Origin: the human T2T-CHM13v2.0 reference genome, Homo sapiens
Length of the DNA: 64,000 nt
Direction: 5' to 3' (one strand)
Assembly (NCBI RefSeq): GCF_009914755.1
Contig: NC_060945.1
The notes under the pieces are model-generated. The model was not told the DNA's origin. It saw only the letters and a program-made list of their open reading frames with translations, and made no database searches. Positions 58,200-64,000 of this stretch are shown in pieces. Position numbers and translations under genes: made by a program. Every line of letters starts with the position of its first letter. The first letter of the stretch is position 1.

Positions 58200-59830
58200 T
58201 GATAAAATTATATAACTATATTTAATTTGTACAATGTAATGATTTGATATACATATACATTTTGAAACAAAATGTCAAGTTGATGAACACATTTATTACC
58301 TCACATAGATAACCATTTTTTTTTTGTCACAAGAACACTTGAGGTCTACTGTTGTAGCAAATTGTAAGCATACTTTACAGTATTACTATAAAGACAATGC
58401 TATTTTGCTAATCTAATGCTAATGTACATTAGCTTTCTCAGACTTACTCAACTTACAACTAATCATTTGTACTCTTTGAACAGCATCTCCTCATATTCCC
58501 ACCCTCAGGCACTAACAACCACCATTCTACTCTCTGTTCCTATGAGTTTACATTTTTAGATTCCTCATCTAACTGAGAACATGCAGTTTCTTTGTGTTTG
58601 GCTTATTTCACTTAGCGTAATGTCTTCAAGGTCTATCAATGCTGTAAATGGCTAGATTTCCTTCTCTTTTATGGCTGAATAGTATTCTACTGTGTGTGTA
58701 TATATATAAATTTTTTTGGCTATTTTAAGCAAAACTAAAATGAACATGGGGCTGAAGATTGTTCTTTGAGGTACTAATTTTATTTCCTTTGGTAGTATTC
58801 CCAGAGGTGGTATTGCTGAATTATGTGATACTTTCATTTTTATTTTTTACTGATTTGTATGATGACTTTATCAATTTATATCTCACTAGTGGCATACAGG
58901 ATTTCCCTTGTATGTATGTCTTCTTTGTGGGAAAAACAAAACTAACCTTTTGCCTATTTTTGAATAGGTTATCATCATTATTGTTTTGCTTTGAATTGCA
59001 GAAGTTTCTTACACATTTTGGATATTAACTATCAGATATATGGCTTGCAAATATTTTTCTATTGTGTAGGATTTTTTAAAATTTTGGTTTTTTCCTTTAC
59101 TGTACAGAAGCTGTACACTTTGATGCAGTCCCACTCTTTTGTATTTTCTTCTGTTGCTGTGCTTTTGATGACATACCAAATTGCCAAGACCAATATCAAC
59201 AAGGTTTTTCCATATGTTTTATTCAGGAGTTTTAAGCTTTTATGTCTTACATTTAAGTCTTTTATTTTGAGTTAATTTTGGGGTATGGTATAAGAAAATT
59301 TTATTTATGGTATAGTCTAATTTTATTCTTTTGCTTGTGGATATCCAGTTTTTCTGGTACCATGTATTGACAAGACTATACTTTCTGCATTGTATATTAT
59401 TGGTGGCCTTGTCAAAGATTAGTTGACCTTGTATGCATGAATATGTTTCTGGGCTCCCTATTCTGTTGCATTGGTTTTTGTATCTGTTTTTATGCACATA
59501 CTATACTCTTTTGATTACCATGACCTTTAAGTAAAGTTTGAAATTAGAAAGTATGATGTCCCCAGCTTTGTTCTTTCTCAAGATTGCTCAGGTTATTTTA
59601 AGTTATTTAAGATAACACTTAAATTTTACAATTGTGTTTTCTATTACTGTGAAAAATGCCACTCAAATTTTGATAGGGATGACATTGAATCTCCATATCA
59701 CTTTGGATAATATTCCTTGACAATATTAGTTATCCTAATGGAATATGTTTTCATTTATTTTTACCTACTTCAATTTCTGTCATCAATATCTTAACTGTGT
59801 TAGTGTATACATTTTTATCTCATCCTTTAC
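58200..59830 (-). mobile_element. Old L1 (L1MA/MB-like) 3' region
   Basis: Degenerate ORF2 peptides (ORF 59240-59497: QLIFDKATNNIQCRKYSLVNTW) and 3'UTR. Confidence 0.8.
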
Positions 59831-59837
59831 ATTTTAA

Positions 59838-60067
<230 letters not shown>

Positions 60068-60520
60068 TGACCCAGCTATGACCTTTCTTCTCAGCAACCC
60101 CAGAGGTAATCTTATCAGCCTGGGGACCCAATAAAAGGAGATCTTTACTTGCCAAAGATAGTTTTTTTTAGTGGAGATGGGGTTTTGCCATAGTTTATAG
60201 AAACTGTTAAGAGTTGTTAGATCCTTCAAATATACAGACATGGGGCTGTTTCAGGGACCAAAGCTGAGGCCAAGATCCACAAGCATGCCTCCAGGGCCAC
60301 AGCTTCTACCTTAACATATTACTGAAAGTTTGTATCAGAACAATTAGACAAGGAAAATAACAAAGCTTTCCAGCTTGGAATAAAAGTAAAAATGTTACTG
60401 TTTGTAGATAATATAATTATGCGTATATACAAAACCCTAGAGTGAAACAACAAAAACTGAACTAATAAATGCATTCATTAAGGTATCAGGATACATGACC
60501 AACATAAAAATACTTGTGGG

Positions 60521-60661
60521 GTTTTTTTGTTTGTTTGAGATAGGGTCTCACTCTGTTGCCCAGGCTCATCTCAAACTCCTGTGCTCAAGTGATCCACCTT
60601 CCTTGGCCTCTAGCCTCTGAAAGTGTGCAGGGACTACAGAAATGAGGCACTGCACCTGACC
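60521..60661 (-). mobile_element. Alu monomer (FLAM-like)
   Basis: T-rich tail and a single monomer. Confidence 0.8.
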
Positions 60662-61854
60662 CTACATACAAATATTTGTTGCATTTCCATATAGTAACAA
60701 CAAACTTTCCAAAAAAGAGAGAAAGTTTCCAATTGCAATAGTATAAAAATAAGGAACTTAATCAAAATAAATGTAAAGTGACCGAGCATAGTGGCTCACA
60801 CCTGTAATGCCAGCACATTGGGATGTCAAGGTGGGGAGATCACTTGAGGCCAGGAGTTCCAGACTAGCCTGGCCATTGTGTCACAAGGGTGCTGCTAGGT
60901 CTGTTGTTTAAATGGCATATAGCAGCATTGTTTCATTTAAAGATGCAGTTTTCAAGAACCTATTTTGAACATTAAGTGAGAACTTACCATACATCTGTGT
61001 TTGAGTGATATGGGGTCTGCCTTTGATGGTTGTATTACCAGAGATTTGGACAGTCATGGATTCTTTCTGGGCCATGGAAAGATTAAATATCCTTGAGGAC
61101 ATTAATCTATATGGCAGGCAGTAGGGTAGGGTTTTACAGTTTGTCTGCATATGATGGCACAAATACCATGTGTATGAATGGGATTGGCTTCTACTAACTA
61201 CCTGGGAACAGGTTTCACAAGTCTCCATGTGGGTCCCTGAGTGTGTACAACTGGCCATGGACTGTGGCTGTGAGAGCTAGAACTGAGTCACAGGGCTGCT
61301 TCAAGGACCACAGTTGAGGCCAAGATCTGCAGGCCTGCCTCCAGGGCCATGGCTGGGTGTGTTTCCCTGCAAGTCACTTGATGGGAAGGACCACTTTTGG
61401 ACTATAGCTGAAGGAGTTTGAGAGAGGTTGCAGAACTGCTTTGTAATCTTCAGTAAGACCAAGCTCAGTGCCCCATTTCCTTGTCTGTAGCCTTGTCTGT
61501 GGGCCCTTGAGTTGGCCACCTGGGTGAGGGCCTGCTTTTCCCAAATAACCCTTTTTGATCTTTGGCACCACTGAGGTTTCACAACCCTAACCATAGGCAA
61601 GCACCTTTCTACTTCCGTTTTCCAGGAGTTTACTATTTAAAATATCTTATATACATGGAATCATACACTGTCACTTTGTTGGTGTCTTATCTCACTTAAA
61701 ATAATGGCTTTAAGATTTATCCTTATTGTAGCATCTGACAAGATATTTTCATTTGATGCTAAAGAATATTTCATTGTATGTATAAGCCACATCTTTTTAA
61801 ATCATTCATCTATTGAAGGGTGTTTGAGTTTTTTCACTTTTTGGCTTTTGTAAG

Positions 61855-62273
61855 TGATATAGTTTGGATCTGGGTCCCCATTCAAATCTCATGTCAAGTT
61901 GCAGTCCCTAGTGTTGGAGGTGGGCCTGGTGGGAGGTGATGGGATCGTAGGGTTGGCTTCTCACGAATGGTTTAGCAGCAGCCCCTTTGGTACTGTCTTT
62001 GCCATAGTGAGTGACTTCTTCTGAGATCTCATTTTTCAAAAGCATGTGGCACCTTCCCTCTCGTGCTCTCTTGTTCCTGCTCCCACCATGTGAGATGACT
62101 CTCTGTCCCTTTTCTTTCTGCCATGACTGGAAGCTTTTCAAGGCCTCCCCTAAGCAGAAGCTGCTATGCTTGCCGTACAGCCTGCAGAACCATAAGCCAA
62201 TTAAACCTCTTTTTAAAATAAATTACCAAGTCTCAGGAATTTTCTTATAGCACTGCAAGAATAAACTAATACA
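61855..62273 (+). mobile_element. MSTA-like MaLR solo LTR inserted in an old L1M
   Basis: TGATATAGTTTGGATCT...AAATCTCATG...GTGTTGGAGGTGGG start; ...AACTAATACA end. Confidence 0.88.
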
Positions 62274-64000
62274 GTGAATATGGATGTGCAAATACTTCTT
62301 TCAGGTATACATTGCATACTTTAAATAGATGCTCAGAAGTGGAATTACTGGGTCATACAGTAACTTTATTTTTAATTTTTGGAGGAACCTCCATACATTT
62401 TTCAGGTGGCTGCATCACGTTTTTCCCACCAACAGTGTACAAGGGTTTCAATTTCTCTACATTGTTGACAATATATATTATTTTTTGTTTGCTTGATATT
62501 GGCCATCTTAATACACAGTAATACCTCATTGTGGTTTTTCTTTACATTTTTCTAAAGATTAGAATTTTTTTTTCAATAATTGTGTATTTCATCTTTGGAG
62601 AAACATTTTCATCTCTTGTCTATTAGTCATGTAACTTTTTGTTTTTTTTTTGGAGTTGTTCTGGATGTTATCTTCTGTCAAATATATGTATATTTTGGCT
62701 TTTCTGCTGCTTAGGTGGGACTCTTACTAAAACTTTAATGTGGAGAGATAAATTTAATGTAGTCTTACTTTTCTGTGCTTTTGAATTTTTTGCTCATGTG
62801 TTTGATGTTACATGCAAGAAAACATTGCTGGGATCAATGTCATAATCTTCCTATATTTTCTTCTAAAGATTGTATAATTATAATTCTTACATTTAAATAT
62901 TTAACTCATTCAAGACAGTTTTTGTATATGATTCAGGGGAAGGATCCAACCTCAGTTTTTTCATATGGATATAGAGTTTTCCAACACCATCTATTGAAGA
63001 GACTGTCTTTCTCTTATTGTGTGGTTATAGCAACCTTGTTGAAGATCATTTGAACATATACACAGTGGTTGGTTTTTGAGTTCTGTGTTCTGTTCCATCA
63101 TCTATTTGTCTTCTGGCAAGTACCACACTGTTTTTATTTAGCTTTGTTATCTGTTCTAAAAACAGGAAACGTTGTGCCTGTAACTTTGTTCTTGTTTTCT
63201 AAGAATGTTTGGGCTATCAGTGGTCCTTTGAAATTCAATGTAAAAGTTAAGAATTGTAAAAAATACTTTTTCACAAAGTATTATTTTTATTTTCATTAGG
63301 CTTACGTTGAATTTGAATATCACTGTGTAGTATGGTCATTTAACAATATCAAATCAACTGACACAGATAAGAATATGTTCAAGAGTGTGTTGAGTTTCAC
63401 AGGTTTTTGGATTTGGCAATTTTGCTTCTGCTTTTGATTTCCAGTTTTATTACAGGTGGTATGAAAGGATGTGTTGTATAATTCAGTGTTGTATGATGAG
63501 AACTACGCTCAATACATTGATGACCAAATAATCTGTACAACAAACCTCCATGACAGAAGTTTGCCAGTATAAGAAACCTGCACATATACTCTGATCTTAA
63601 AGTTTAAAAAAAAAGGGTGGGGGGGTTGTTTTGCATTCTAACAGGTTGTCCATGAAACAACAGTTACTCATTTTCTTCTCCACTTAACCCCGACACAGTT
63701 TAGTCTTCTTTCTGTTTCTATGAGTTTAACTACTTTAGGTATCTTACATAAGTGGAATTATATCGTTTCTGTCCTTTTGTGCCTGGGCTTCTTCCACATA
63801 AATAAAGCCTTAAAAATGTATCCTTATTGTGGATTTAACAAAATTTTCTGCTTTTAAGAAGCTGAGTAATATTTAATTATTTATATATTTGAAATTGTCT
63901 TTATTCATTTATTTATTAAGAAAAGTTCTTTTCACTTACTTGCTTTTGTAGATAATGCTACCGTGAATATGGATGTGTAAATTACTCTTCATTTGATAAT

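Overview
Human subtelomere, most likely the 4p terminus. The assignment rests on recognising the KRAB exons as ZNF595, with an upstream BNIP3 retrocopy; I did not align it to a reference. Bases 1-3012 are a (CCCTAA)n telomere whose proximal ~700 bp is a structured variant-repeat zone, and it joins ordinary repeat DNA with no TAR1 or CpG-island block. Next come ~46 kb of transposon-rich subtelomere: a deleted type-2 HERV-K(HML-2)/LTR5A provirus (9156-16435), several L1s and Alus, a degenerate interstitial telomere tract (~19.55-19.78 kb), a 3'-truncated L1 carrying a solo LTR5, and a BNIP3 processed pseudogene. The window ends with the CpG-island promoter and exons 1-3 of ZNF595; the zinc-finger exon lies beyond it. 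I found no convincing new protein-coding system. The best second-look items are structural: a solo HERV-K LTR with a ~270-bp flanking duplication and one aberrant end, a probable LTR-to-LTR gene-conversion tract, a non-HML-2-like patch at the gag/pol deletion, an L1 3' transduction, an ancient duplicated cassette with opposite CpG fates, and an AUG-initiated poly(Arg-Ala) frame inside the telomere variant repeats. Repeat subfamily names come from memory of consensus sequences, and mismatch counts were done by eye, so both are approximate.
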